Shown here: piece after piece, positions 19,394 to 28,330 of the stretch | Numbering within the stretch: the stretch's first letter is position 1 | Layout of the letters: every line of letters starts with the position of its first letter | IMG/VR virus record: IMGVR_UViG_2049941000_000098 | Direction: 5' to 3' (one strand) | DNA from: an uncultured virus (IMG/VR IMGVR_UViG_2049941000_000098) | Lineage: Duplodnaviria > Heunggongvirae > Uroviricota > Caudoviricetes | DNA: 30,487 nt | Translations under genes and position numbers: made by a program | Notes under the pieces: model-generated | The model's database searches: none | Told to the model about the DNA's origin: nothing | What the model saw: only the letters and a program-made list of their open reading frames with translations

Positions 19394-20231
19394 TCAGAAT
19401 GGTAAATCTTCACCCGTCGCCGCACCGAAATCATCAGGCTGTTGTACGGGCGGTGTCGGTTGTTGCGGCAATTGCGGTTGTTGCTTGGTTACGTATGCCG
19501 TGTTGCCGCCGACCGCCGCCTGTGTTGGTGCGTTTGGCTGTTGTACGGGTTGTGCGTTGTTTTGTTGTTGTCGCAATTTGTTTTGTTCGATACGTTCAAG
19601 ATATTTGTCTTCGTACAAACCTGTCGCCGAATCGATAAGTTGAACCGCCGTGTTGATAAAGTCATTATCGTTAACCAATCGGTCGATTCGGGTTTTTAAC
19701 GCCTGTGACACACCTTTGAATCCTTCGGCGTTGTCATCCGCTGGTGTCGATTCTACGAAACTGAAATCTTTGCCGTTGTTGCCTTTTTGCTTCTTTTTCT
19801 GCAATGTCACATAACCATGCCATGACGCAAGGTTGTTTGACGCGGCAAGGAAATGTTCGTATTGGTTGTTCGACATTTGGATATACGTGACACGTTGTTC
19901 TTTGTCACCCAAAATGTTGTTGTTCGCGTCCGTGGCGAACGAAGCCAATACGAAATAGTAACGCGGCGACGGGTTAAGGTTGTACTTAATCGCCATTTCC
20001 TTTGTGCATTCGACGAAGCAACGGTTTGCCTCGTCATACGCGATGTTTCGTGCGTATGGTTTTGCGTAGTTCAGCAAAATACCCTTTACGGTAATACCTT
20101 CCGCACAATCAAATCGGTCGATACCGACTTTNNNNNNNNNNNNNNNNNNNNNNNNNNNNNNNNNNNNNNNNNNNNNNNNNNNNNNNNNNNNNNNNNNNNN
20201 NNNNNNNNNNNNAATCAATCAATTGTCCCAT
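19394..20231 (-). CDS. Probable single-stranded DNA-binding protein (N gap near the start)
   Basis: Gln/Pro-rich disordered tail ending in acidic EDLPF; located next to RecA. Confidence 0.6.
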
Positions 20232-20292
20232 AAAATAATGAAAATTAAAAAATTAAAAAAAAATTAGAAAATAAAAAAATAATAAAAACGGT

Positions 20293-20700
20293 TTAAAACC
20301 TTTCTTTCATGAAATATGTTGTTCTTTGTAAAACATTCAAATCCTCGCGTATGTCATTCAACCGCGCGTTCACCGACAACAGATACGTTTTCCGTCGGTT
20401 GTAGAACGCCTTTTCCTGTCCCGACAACACCTGTTCGTTCGATAACGCGAAATCGATTCTGCGCAATTCGTCGGCGACAAGGAAACGCAACCGTGTAAGC
20501 AAATATTCATACGTGATTAACGTGTCGTACTTTTCGGTTGTGGATAATTCAAGGTCTTCAAAATTCTGTGTCCCCTCAACCAACATATTGAACAATTCGT
20601 TGATTTTGGATTCTTTTACCGAACATTCGTTGTCCAGTTTAACCAACCGTTCGCTGATTTTGGAATCAACCTTCGGTATGGGTGTTGTTGATACCGTCAT
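20293..20700 (-). CDS. Coiled-coil protein, 135 aa, upstream of SSB/RecA
   Basis: Start MTVSTT after an (ACA)n leader; the 504 aa ORF in the track is a fusion across N gaps. Confidence 0.7.
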   Translation of the reverse strand: MTVSTTPIPKVDSKISERLVKLDNECSVKESKINELFNMLVEGTQNFEDLELSTTEKYDTLITYEYLLTRLRFLVADELRRIDFALSNEQVLSGQEKAFYNRRKTYLLSVNARLNDIREDLNVLQRTTYFMKERF

Positions 20701-20722
20701 TTTTTTGTTGTTGTTTTTGTTG

Positions 20723-22054
20723 TTATTGTTTGTAAAAATTCGCGTAAAAACCGCCATCCGCCTTATATACCGCGTCGGCATGTCCGTCGTCGGATTCGGT
20801 TGAAATGACAACNNNNNNNNNNNNNNNNNNNNNNNNNNNNNNNNNNNNNNNNNNNNNNNNNNNNNNNNNNNNNNNNNNNNNNNNNNNNNNNNNNNNNNNN
20901 NNNNNNNNNNNNNNNNNNNNNNNNNNNNNNNNNNNNNNNNNNNNNNNNNNNNNNNNNNNNNNNNNNNNNNNNNNNNNNNNNNNNNNNNNNNNNNNNNNNN
21001 NNNNNNNNNNNNNNNNNNNNNNNNNNNNNNTGTACGGTCTTCTCGGTTATAGAAATTCTTTATCCACACTTGGGATTCCTTCGGTTCGGGAATCGGTTTT
21101 AATGTAAACCAATCGCCTGGCTTCACATTTTTCAACGTTGTTTCGTGAACGCCCCAATATTCCCAATCGGTTGACGGGTGTTCGTCTGTGTATGGTAGAG
21201 GTTCGTCCAATCCGTCGGAAACCCTATACATTCGGTTTTTAAACATAGTTTTATTTTTTGAATCAATAATATTTTCTTCGGGGACGACGACATTATCCAA
21301 TGTAATTGACGATTGGACACCGTAATCTACGGCTTGTTCGTCCTCGTTCCAATATACATTCTCGACGATTCCCGTCGCCTTTTGTCCGTTTTGACGTTGG
21401 AAACGGATTCGGTCGCCCTGTTCGTAATCGGTTTCAATGTCACGGCTTCCAACCTGACGGTTACTGCCGCCGCCAAAGAAACGTTTTATACCATCGAACA
21501 AACCGTCTTGAACTTGATTTATACGGTACATGCGTTTGGAATCGGCGATGTCGGGGGTTTGCCCGTCGGTGTTGTCCGCGTTGGTTTGCCCGTTGGATTG
21601 ACGGTACGCCCGAACCTCGTTTATGAATTCCTCGTATTCTTGCATTCTTTTTTGGGATTCTTTTTCGATTTTTTTCAATTTGCGTTTGGATTCGGCNNNN
21701 NNNNNNCAATGTTTCTTCTCCCGTCCATTCGGTGACACGGATGTCCGCCTTGGTTTCGGTTCGTTTTTTAGCGGAAATATCGATTGTGTCCCAATGTTTG
21801 TTTTCAATATCTTCTATTGTCCAATCCTCGGTGTCTTCTTCAACCCTAATATCGAATCTTTCACCGATTTCGTAATTGTTCAAAACATTCGATTCGCAAT
21901 ATTTTATGCCGTATTCAATCGCCTCCTTTTTCGTAAGTAGAAAATTGCCGTTGTTGTCCGACAACGGGTAACATTCGTCCCGATTGATACAAACTAAATA
22001 CCGTTTCCGTTCATCCGAATCCGACACCCGATATGTTCTGTTTTTCGTTACCAT
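20723..22054 (-). CDS. Modular protein(s) with repeated (K)NRxYRVSD / IxDS linkers; putative internal head polyprotein (two gaps)
   Basis: MVTKNRTYRVSDS, IADSKRMYRINQVQDG, IIDSKNKTMFKNRMYRVSDG; last fragment VVISTESDDG...NFYKQ* ends at 20723; may be more than one gene. Confidence 0.65.
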
Positions 22055-22077
22055 AATCCGTTTTCGTTTAATTACGA

Positions 22078-22127
22078 CAAAGATAAATAAAAAAAACGTT
22101 CCCCCGAACAAACGAAGAAACGTTTTC
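22078..22127 (-). terminator. Terminator hairpin abutting a TATCTTTG promoter box (22078-22085)
   Basis: AAAACGTTTCTTCG...CGGGGGAACGTTTTTTT then ATT-TATCTTTG. Confidence 0.7.
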
Positions 22128-22146
22128 AAAAACAAAAACACGACCG

Positions 22147-22611
22147 TTATAGTTGGAAATATGTTCGGACATTGTAAATGCCGTCCTTATCCAACAATTT
22201 GGCTTTCGCCAATTCGTAACATACCGCCGCTTCCTTCTGTGGTTCGACGATGGTCTTCAAAACACCCCATTCGTCCGAATGCACCATTTCGATTGTGACA
22301 TACATCGACCACCAATTGTATTCGCCGTCCATTTCGCATTTCCCGCCAAGTGACGCGATTGCCGATTTAACCTCGTCGGGCGACCATTTCGCACCTTTGG
22401 AGTTGTCAAAGTTCACCATGTTGTCAACGATGTTCATCGCTTCCCGTTCGGTGACATAATTCTTATACCGAATCATGCCTTCGGCTAAATCCAAAATCTC
22501 ATACGAACGTTCCTCGCCGATTTCGTCCACGAACGCCTGTAACAACCGACATCCGCTTTTGTCGTCAACCCGTTTGATGATTGACATGAATTTTTTACTT
22601 AAATCACTCAT
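22147..22611 (-). CDS. Conserved helical phage protein
   Basis: GAKWS.DEV and YNWWSMYVTIEMVHSD motifs; ATGA-coupled start MSDLSKK. Confidence 0.75.
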   Translation of the reverse strand: MSDLSKKFMSIIKRVDDKSGCRLLQAFVDEIGEERSYEILDLAEGMIRYKNYVTEREAMNIVDNMVNFDNSKGAKWSPDEVKSAIASLGGKCEMDGEYNWWSMYVTIEMVHSDEWGVLKTIVEPQKEAAVCYELAKAKLLDKDGIYNVRTYFQL

Positions 22612-22670
22612 TTTGAACAATTTTTACAATTCGACTTAAATTTGGGCAACGGTTTGTAAACAACCGTCAT
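22608..22670 (-). CDS. 20 aa CxxC peptide MTVVYKPLPKFKSNCKNCSK
   Basis: ATGA overlaps with both neighbours. Confidence 0.55.
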   Translation of the reverse strand: MTVVYKPLPKFKSNCKNCSK

Positions 22671-22915
22671 TCCCTTTTTCGCATTATTTTTCCCCATAGT
22701 TCGTTGTATTTGTCGTTCAATAAAACGAATCCCATTTCACACCATACGGACAGGTAACTTGCGGCGATGGCGCACGCCAACGACACGGGGACACTGTGGT
22801 TTGTGGCATACAGATACACGACCGAAAACCAAAATGTGAAACATTTGGTACAACCGAATACCTTACCTGCGGTTTTCCCGACCGCCGCCGTCAGTCCCAA
22901 ATGGCTCGCCAACGT
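22667..22915 (-). CDS. Small membrane protein with CxKCxxFW motif (5' end in a gap)
   Basis: GCTKCFTFWFSVVYL followed by hydrophobic helices. Confidence 0.65.
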   Translation of the reverse strand, partial: TLASHLGLTAAVGKTAGKVFGCTKCFTFWFSVVYLYATNHSVPVSLACAIAASYLSVWCEMGFVLLNDKYNELWGKIMRKRE

Positions 22916-23030
22916 NNNNNNNNNNNNNNNNNNNNNNNNNNNNNNNNNNNNNNNNNNNNNNNNNNNNNNNNNNNNNNNNNNNNNNNNNNNNNNNNNNNNN
23001 NNNNNNNNNNNNNNNNNNNNNNNNNNNNNN

Positions 23031-23428
23031 ACATCCAACGACACGGGGGTTTCACTAACGAACACATTGCCGCACGACTGACAACCCTTCACACTTACCG
23101 TGTTCACGCTTACGCCCTGTGTCAGCGACACGGATTCGGGCGCGGTTTCCGAATAGAACGGAATCGTGAACAACTGACTGACAAGTTGCGATTTGGTGCA
23201 ACATGCGCCGCCGCCGCACGGGATAAAACAAATGACACCCGAACATGACACGGTTGCCACATACTGCCCGTTGCCGACGCTTGAATAACTTACCAACGCG
23301 AAAACGGGTTTGAAATCAGGCGTGGCTTCCGAACATGAGTTTTTGCACAACGTTTCGGTTACGTTGACTTGATAGAAAAACGGCGAAGTTACCGAACCCG
23401 CCGCCAATGTTGCGTTAATAATTGCCAT
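23031..23428 (-). CDS. Cys-rich beta-strand protein (3' end in a gap)
   Basis: LCKNSC, CSGVICFIPCGGGACC, GCQSC. Confidence 0.7.
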
Positions 23429-23440
23429 AATTCATTCAAT

Positions 23441-23653
23441 TTAATCGTTTAACACTGAATCATCTTTGACACCATTACGTTTCGGTTCGGGTACAACTTC
23501 CAATTGCGCCGCGAAAAGTGACATAATGTCGTCAATTCGTTCGTTTAACACCTCTACATTTTTTGACAAAGCCACAACGTTGTTGTTGACCGCCAATTGC
23601 CCGTACAATATCTGCTCAAATATGTTTCGGGGTTGTTTCGTTGTTTCTTCCAT
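23441..23653 (-). CDS. Small coiled-coil protein
   Basis: 70 aa ORF in a tight operon. Confidence 0.7.
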   Translation of the reverse strand: MEETTKQPRNIFEQILYGQLAVNNNVVALSKNVEVLNERIDDIMSLFAAQLEVVPEPKRNGVKDDSVLND

Positions 23654-23658
23654 GATAT

Positions 23659-23850
23659 TTACCCTTTTAAAAAGTTATTAACTAAAATATTATCCTTGAA
23701 ACGGTTTATCGCGTTTCTTAACTTTTCTGTCGTAATCAAAACACCTTGATTGTATTTGTCGTTAACAAAATCGTAAAGTTCGCGTTGTAACCGTTCTCCG
23801 TCGGAATCGTCCTCCGCGTATGCGAAAAATGTTATCATTACAGGTTTCAT
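23659..23850 (-). CDS. Hypothetical protein
   Basis: 63 aa, ATGA overlap. Confidence 0.7.
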   Translation of the reverse strand: MKPVMITFFAYAEDDSDGERLQRELYDFVNDKYNQGVLITTEKLRNAINRFKDNILVNNFLKG

Positions 23851-24182
23851 TGCATTTTAGGTATTGGAGGCACACCGTCGGGGATGACACTTGCCGCCTT
23901 GCCCCGCAAACCCTGAATAAGCGCGATACCCTGTTGTATCAGGTCTTTGTGTTCCCCGACCCAACCGATAATGTCGTCCGCGCCCATTTTGAACCGTTGG
24001 ATTCCCGAAGGCATCATGGGTTCGGTGTCGGGCAAACTGTTCAAATCCCGCGTCATATATTCGTACAACTTGTCCGCCCTTTCGATGTCGTTGTTGCACG
24101 CGTCGAGGCAGGACAGTTTCAGCGACAGTTTTGATGTCGGAATTATCTTGTTCGTATCAAACGATGTGGCTCTGTTAAACAT
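23847..24182 (-). CDS. Hypothetical protein
   Basis: 111 aa ORF in a tight operon. Confidence 0.75.
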   Translation of the reverse strand: MFNRATSFDTNKIIPTSKLSLKLSCLDACNNDIERADKLYEYMTRDLNSLPDTEPMMPSGIQRFKMGADDIIGWVGEHKDLIQQGIALIQGLRGKAASVIPDGVPPIPKMQ

Positions 24183-24209
24183 AATGTATTGATTTTAAAC
24201 CTTAAAGAT

Positions 24210-24237
24210 ACGGTCACGGTTGTTATGCCGCGACCGT
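24210..24237 (-). promoter_or_regulatory. Intergenic hairpin (attenuator or mRNA stabiliser)
   Basis: ACGGTCGCGGC-ATAACA-ACCGTGACCGT with only a weak T tract. Confidence 0.5.
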
Positions 24238-24244
24238 AACGTTT

Positions 24245-24733
24245 TTAGTTGCCGCAACCGCAACCGCAATCCTTCACCGAAATCGGCTGAACACGCAGGT
24301 ACGAACTTTGCTGAATGGCATCCGACAACGTGTTGTTGCTGTTGTTGATTGCCTGTGCGTAAGCCATTGCGTCCGCCAACGCCGACGATGCGGCTGTCCC
24401 CGATTGTGTCGGGTTGGTCTGAACGTCGATGTACGACTGCAATGTAGGTTGCTGACGCACGCGTTCCGCGCGTTCGTTGTTGATTGACGTACCGAGCAAC
24501 ATATTCATCTGATTCTGATGCTCTGCGTTCATCTTAATTAAATCCGTGTTGGATTTGGCTTTGCTACTTGCGAAGCAACCGCCGAATATCCACGCGCCGA
24601 TACCCGCAAGGAGTGCGGCAGAACCAAGCACGATACCCGTCACGCCCGTACCGTTGGGTCGCTTGGCTTCGCGTTGCATAAGGGTTGTGGCTTCAAACGC
24701 CGACAAACCACCGTAATAACCGTTATTTTCCAT
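24245..24733 (-). CDS. Single-TM Gly/Ala/Asn-rich protein ending CGCGCGN
   Basis: GVTGIVLGSAALLAGIGAWIFGG helix, low-complexity body, Cys-Gly tail. Confidence 0.8.
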   Translation of the reverse strand: MENNGYYGGLSAFEATTLMQREAKRPNGTGVTGIVLGSAALLAGIGAWIFGGCFASSKAKSNTDLIKMNAEHQNQMNMLLGTSINNERAERVRQQPTLQSYIDVQTNPTQSGTAASSALADAMAYAQAINNSNNTLSDAIQQSSYLRVQPISVKDCGCGCGN

Positions 24734-24766
24734 TTTTACATTTTTTATAGTTTGACAAAAATTTTA

Positions 24767-24811
24767 TTCGTCACAACCGTATGCGCATTTGTTTATGACG
24801 ATACAAATATG
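24767..24811 (-). promoter_or_regulatory. Variant promoter box CATATTTG (24804-24811) followed by a 5' stem-loop
   Basis: TCGTCATAA...TTGTGACGA stem ahead of the Cys-rich operon. Confidence 0.45.
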
Positions 24812-24871
24812 CGCCATATAAAAACGGGGTTCGTGATTTGCGGTATGTGAACCGACATGTCGTTTGATTGG

Positions 24872-25183
24872 TTATACGACCGTATCAACGCATTGTCTTA
24901 CGATAGGTAGAATGACACCGTAAACGGATTCCGCGTCACGGGACAAATCCAACGCGTAACGTTTCATTCTGTATATCTGTTGTATCGACAACCCCGTGAC
25001 ACTTTGTATTCGCGCGTCCGACAAACCTTTTGACATCAGGACGGAAACAAGTACGGCGCGGTATTCCAAACAATCCATATTGCGGGATTTAAGGATTTGT
25101 TCGCGGGTGTAAATGTCATACCGTTCCAAAACGGACAACGCCGCGTCACACCATTCGTTGTAAAGTTCGATTCTTGTTTTCAT
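24872..25183 (-). CDS. HTH regulator (DnaA_C/TrpR-like), probable start MKTRIE
   Basis: EQILKSRNMDCLEYRAVLV...GLSDARIQSVTGLSIQQIYRM. Confidence 0.65.
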   Translation of the reverse strand: MKTRIELYNEWCDAALSVLERYDIYTREQILKSRNMDCLEYRAVLVSVLMSKGLSDARIQSVTGLSIQQIYRMKRYALDLSRDAESVYGVILPIVRQCVDTVV

Positions 25184-25202
25184 AGTACATTGTGTATAAA
25201 AC

Positions 25203-25243
25203 AAAAGGGCGCGTGCCGTGTATATTTGGCACACACCCTTTTA
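25203..25243. terminator. Bidirectional terminator-like hairpin
   Basis: AAAAGGGCGCGTGCC...GGCACACACCCTTTT. Confidence 0.65.
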
Positions 25244-25311
25244 TTGATTATGACGCGAATATCGGACAAATATTCGTATCTACAAAACAGTTACGATAGG
25301 TGGAACGATAA

Positions 25312-25596
25312 TTAAAAAATCATTTCCAATATGTCCCTGTACATCACGACAGGTGCTTTGTCACCCATGTACGGAATAGTCCGTATCGTGTTGTAATCGA
25401 TAAACTCGATAGCCTCCTCGTTACTGATACCGTCCTGTCTCATCAGGAACTCGACCATTTTATCGTAGTCGTACACAAGGCGTTCGTCATGTGTCATCCC
25501 GATTATCGCCGTCACGTATGACGGTTCGGTGAAATACGCCGTACCCTCGATTCCGTGTTCCTCAAAGAATTTTTGTAATTGCTCTAATGATTCCAT
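25312..25596 (-). CDS. Conserved phage protein
   Basis: AIIG...VYDYDKMVEFLM..DG...EEAIEFIDYNTIR..PYMG..AP pattern; start MESLE. Confidence 0.75.
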   Translation of the reverse strand: MESLEQLQKFFEEHGIEGTAYFTEPSYVTAIIGMTHDERLVYDYDKMVEFLMRQDGISNEEAIEFIDYNTIRTIPYMGDKAPVVMYRDILEMIF

Positions 25597-25606
25597 AATA
25601 ATATGT

Positions 25607-26157
25607 TTAAAGTCTTTTTCCAACAATCCACAACAAATCACCGTCGTTAACGAACGGAATACATTTCGCTTCGTAAACGGGGTCTAACTCTACGTCGTCG
25701 ATACATGTAACCGTTGGTATCTCGTCATATTTATTTGGTGAATGAACAAAATTGTATTCAATCATATTTGTCTCGAACAGGTTGTTTGGCAAAAACCTTT
25801 CAAATGTTTTTTGCGGGGATTTGCCAACTATCACGCCCGTTACTTTTTTGTCATACATTTTGTAATGGTTCAAACCCCGTATCACACTAATCATCGACAT
25901 TTCACTTCCACACGGCATCACAATATGTTTTACTTGTTCGGGAATGTTTTGTACCTGATGTTTTGTGATTTCGATATTATCCGAACATTCCATTCCAAAG
26001 GGTATGTAATAACAATTGTTGTTTTTTGCAAATTCTTCGGCGTGATGACAAATCACACTATTATATCCTACTTTTGTTCTGTGTATAATACTATTTTTGT
26101 TCGTATTTATGTTTTTTATGACAGTTGTTTCCTCACCCGATGGCATAAACAAATGTG
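25607..26157 (-). CDS. PLP-dependent enzyme (ACC deaminase / D-Cys desulfhydrase-like), C-terminal part
   Basis: YYIPFGM, IVMPCGS, LDPVYEAK, LLWIVG; open frame runs up to the N gap. Confidence 0.75.
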
Positions 26158-26167
26158 NNNNNNNNNN

Positions 26168-26402
26168 CGATTAGTCTGTCCTCGATGTCCGATTCACGGT
26201 ATCTGTCCATGTATATCGCCTTTATCTTCACAATGTTCGCGCGATTGTCCTTGTCGAACGCGAAAAATTCCTTCAATCCGTTTTCACGGACGTACATTTT
26301 CACCGCACCGAACGACCCGAATTGCATCGCGTCCCCGTTCGGTGACACCGCACCGTACCCGACCTGAATGTGTACGGCATCGTCTATCTGTTGCTTTTTC
26401 AT
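26168..26402 (-). CDS. Hypothetical protein, 3' end in a gap
   Basis: MKKQQIDD... starts 1 nt after the upstream stop. Confidence 0.6.
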
Positions 26403-26403
26403 A

Positions 26404-26766
26404 TTATAGTTTATTATCAGTCCTGTGATACATATTTTCCGCCACACAACGGGATTTGGCGTTCTCGTCACGGTTGCGGATTCGCTCGGCTTTCATCGAC
26501 ACGACCGCATATTCGGCACACAACTGTTGGTACATTTCAACATCCGTGCATTCTTGTAAATCCTTGTAGATTTCGTCACACCGTTTAAGAATCTGTTTCT
26601 CGTGTGCGTCGGCACGCTTGATTTTCATATCAAGTATGGTTTCCATTTCCGACGTTGACAGTTTGCCCTCGTTATCCTCGATGAAATCTAAATCATCTTT
26701 GTCCCATGTGTGCGTGTCGTCAACAAAGTGTAACAACCCGTCATCTTCTGATTTGTTTTTTTTCAT
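26404..26766 (-). CDS. Hypothetical protein
   Basis: 120 aa charged ORF. Confidence 0.7.
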   Translation of the reverse strand: MKKNKSEDDGLLHFVDDTHTWDKDDLDFIEDNEGKLSTSEMETILDMKIKRADAHEKQILKRCDEIYKDLQECTDVEMYQQLCAEYAVVSMKAERIRNRDENAKSRCVAENMYHRTDNKL

Positions 26767-26865
26767 TTTTGACGCATTTTGCCTATAAAGTTATCACTAA
26801 TATCCTTATATCCATCCGAAGGTAAAAAAATATTTACCGTTTTACCGTAAGATTCNNNNNNNNNN

Positions 26866-27078
26866 TTGTTCACATATACAACTGACAATCTCGCATTGTG
26901 GCGACATTCTACTTCCAGCGGTTACAAAATCTTTATAACCCAAACTCACCGCCTTTTGAATTATTTGATAAGCACTTCGTGATTTACCACCTCGCACTCC
27001 ATGTACGGTAAAATAATCATCACGTTTATAGTAATGATTACCGTGTTTTTCAACCGCAGTTAATTCGTTTATATCCAT
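26866..27078 (-). CDS. PLP-dependent enzyme, N-terminal part
   Basis: LTAVE...YYKRDD...GVRGGKSR (Schiff-base Lys region), VTAGSRMSPQ. Confidence 0.8.
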
Positions 27079-27102
27079 TTTTGTTGTTGTTATTGTTGTT
27101 GT

Positions 27103-27205
27103 TTACCATTTGTTCTTGTTGAATTTGTATTTTTCTGAATACTGTCGTTCGGAATCAAATTCCTGTTTCTTGAAACCCTTTTTCTTCCCGTTCTTTTTCG
27201 GTTTG
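27103..27205 (-). CDS. 3' end of a Lys-rich gene emerging from the large gap
   Basis: Frame KPKKNGKKKGFKKQEFDSERQY...NKW* followed by an (ACA)n spacer. Confidence 0.4.
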
Positions 27206-27896
27206 NNNNNNNNNNNNNNNNNNNNNNNNNNNNNNNNNNNNNNNNNNNNNNNNNNNNNNNNNNNNNNNNNNNNNNNNNNNNNNNNNNNNNNNNNNNNNNN
27301 NNNNNNNNNNNNNNNNNNNNNNNNNNNNNNNNNNNNNNNNNNNNNNNNNNNNNNNNNNNNNNNNNNNNNNNNNNNNNNNNNNNNNNNNNNNNNNNNNNNN
27401 NNNNNNNNNNNNNNNNNNNNNNNNNNNNNNNNNNNNNNNNNNNNNNNNNNNNNNNNNNNNNNNNNNNNNNNNNNNNNNNNNNNNNNNNNNNNNNNNNNNN
27501 NNNNNNNNNNNNNNNNNNNNNNNNNNNNNNNNNNNNNNNNNNNNNNNNNNNNNNNNNNNNNNNNNNNNNNNNNNNNNNNNNNNNNNNNNNNNNNNNNNNN
27601 NNNNNNNNNNNNNNNNNNNNNNNNNNNNNNNNNNNNNNNNNNNNNNNNNNNNNNNNNNNNNNNNNNNNNNNNNNNNNNNNNNNNNNNNNNNNNNNNNNNN
27701 NNNNNNNNNNNNNNNNNNNNNNNNNNNNNNNNNNNNNNNNNNNNNNNNNNNNNNNNNNNNNNNNNNNNNNNNNNNNNNNNNNNNNNNNNNNNNNNNNNNN
27801 NNNNNNNNNNNNNNNNNNNNNNNNNNNNNNNNNNNNNNNNNNNNNNNNNNNNNNNNNNNNNNNNNNNNNNNNNNNNNNNNNNNNNNNNNNNNNNNN

Positions 27897-28327
27897 GTGT
27901 CGTTGTCCGAACATATCGTGAACGTGTCGAACATGTTTACAAGAATGGTTTTCGCGGTGTGTGAACCCGTCAGTGTCGTCACACCAAGAACATTCGATTC
28001 GGGACATAATATTTTCGCCGTGAAATAATCCGACACACCCTCGGTCAATATCACCGACCGTTCGTTCGTGTTTATCGCCGACAACCCCAACAGACCGTAT
28101 TTATCCGTGTCCGTATATCGGTTCAATGTCATTTTGTCACGAATAAGGTCGAACACGGTTTCCCCGTCCATCGTTTCCGTTATCCGCCACGCGAAACCCT
28201 TACGGGGGTCGAGATACGACGTGAACGTGATGTCACCGTTGTACAAATCGGACAAAATGTCCCAATTGTGGCGGTTTAAATCCACGCCGTTGTTTTTTAT
28301 CCCGTTGCCGTACAAATCGTTCAACAT
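27897..28327 (-). CDS. Toprim-domain protein, primase-like (3' end in a gap)
   Basis: VILTEGVSD and ICSDND. Confidence 0.75.
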
Positions 28328-28330
28328 GAT

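Noticed and set aside
20232..20292. A-rich tract and (ACA)n runs near 7945, 20705 and 27080 as repeats or an origin
   Set aside because: Best explained as low-complexity spacers and translation leaders.
20293..21807. 504 aa ORF, and similar long ORFs at 22667-23428 and 27090-28327
   Set aside because: Artificial read-through across N runs that joins different genes or frames.
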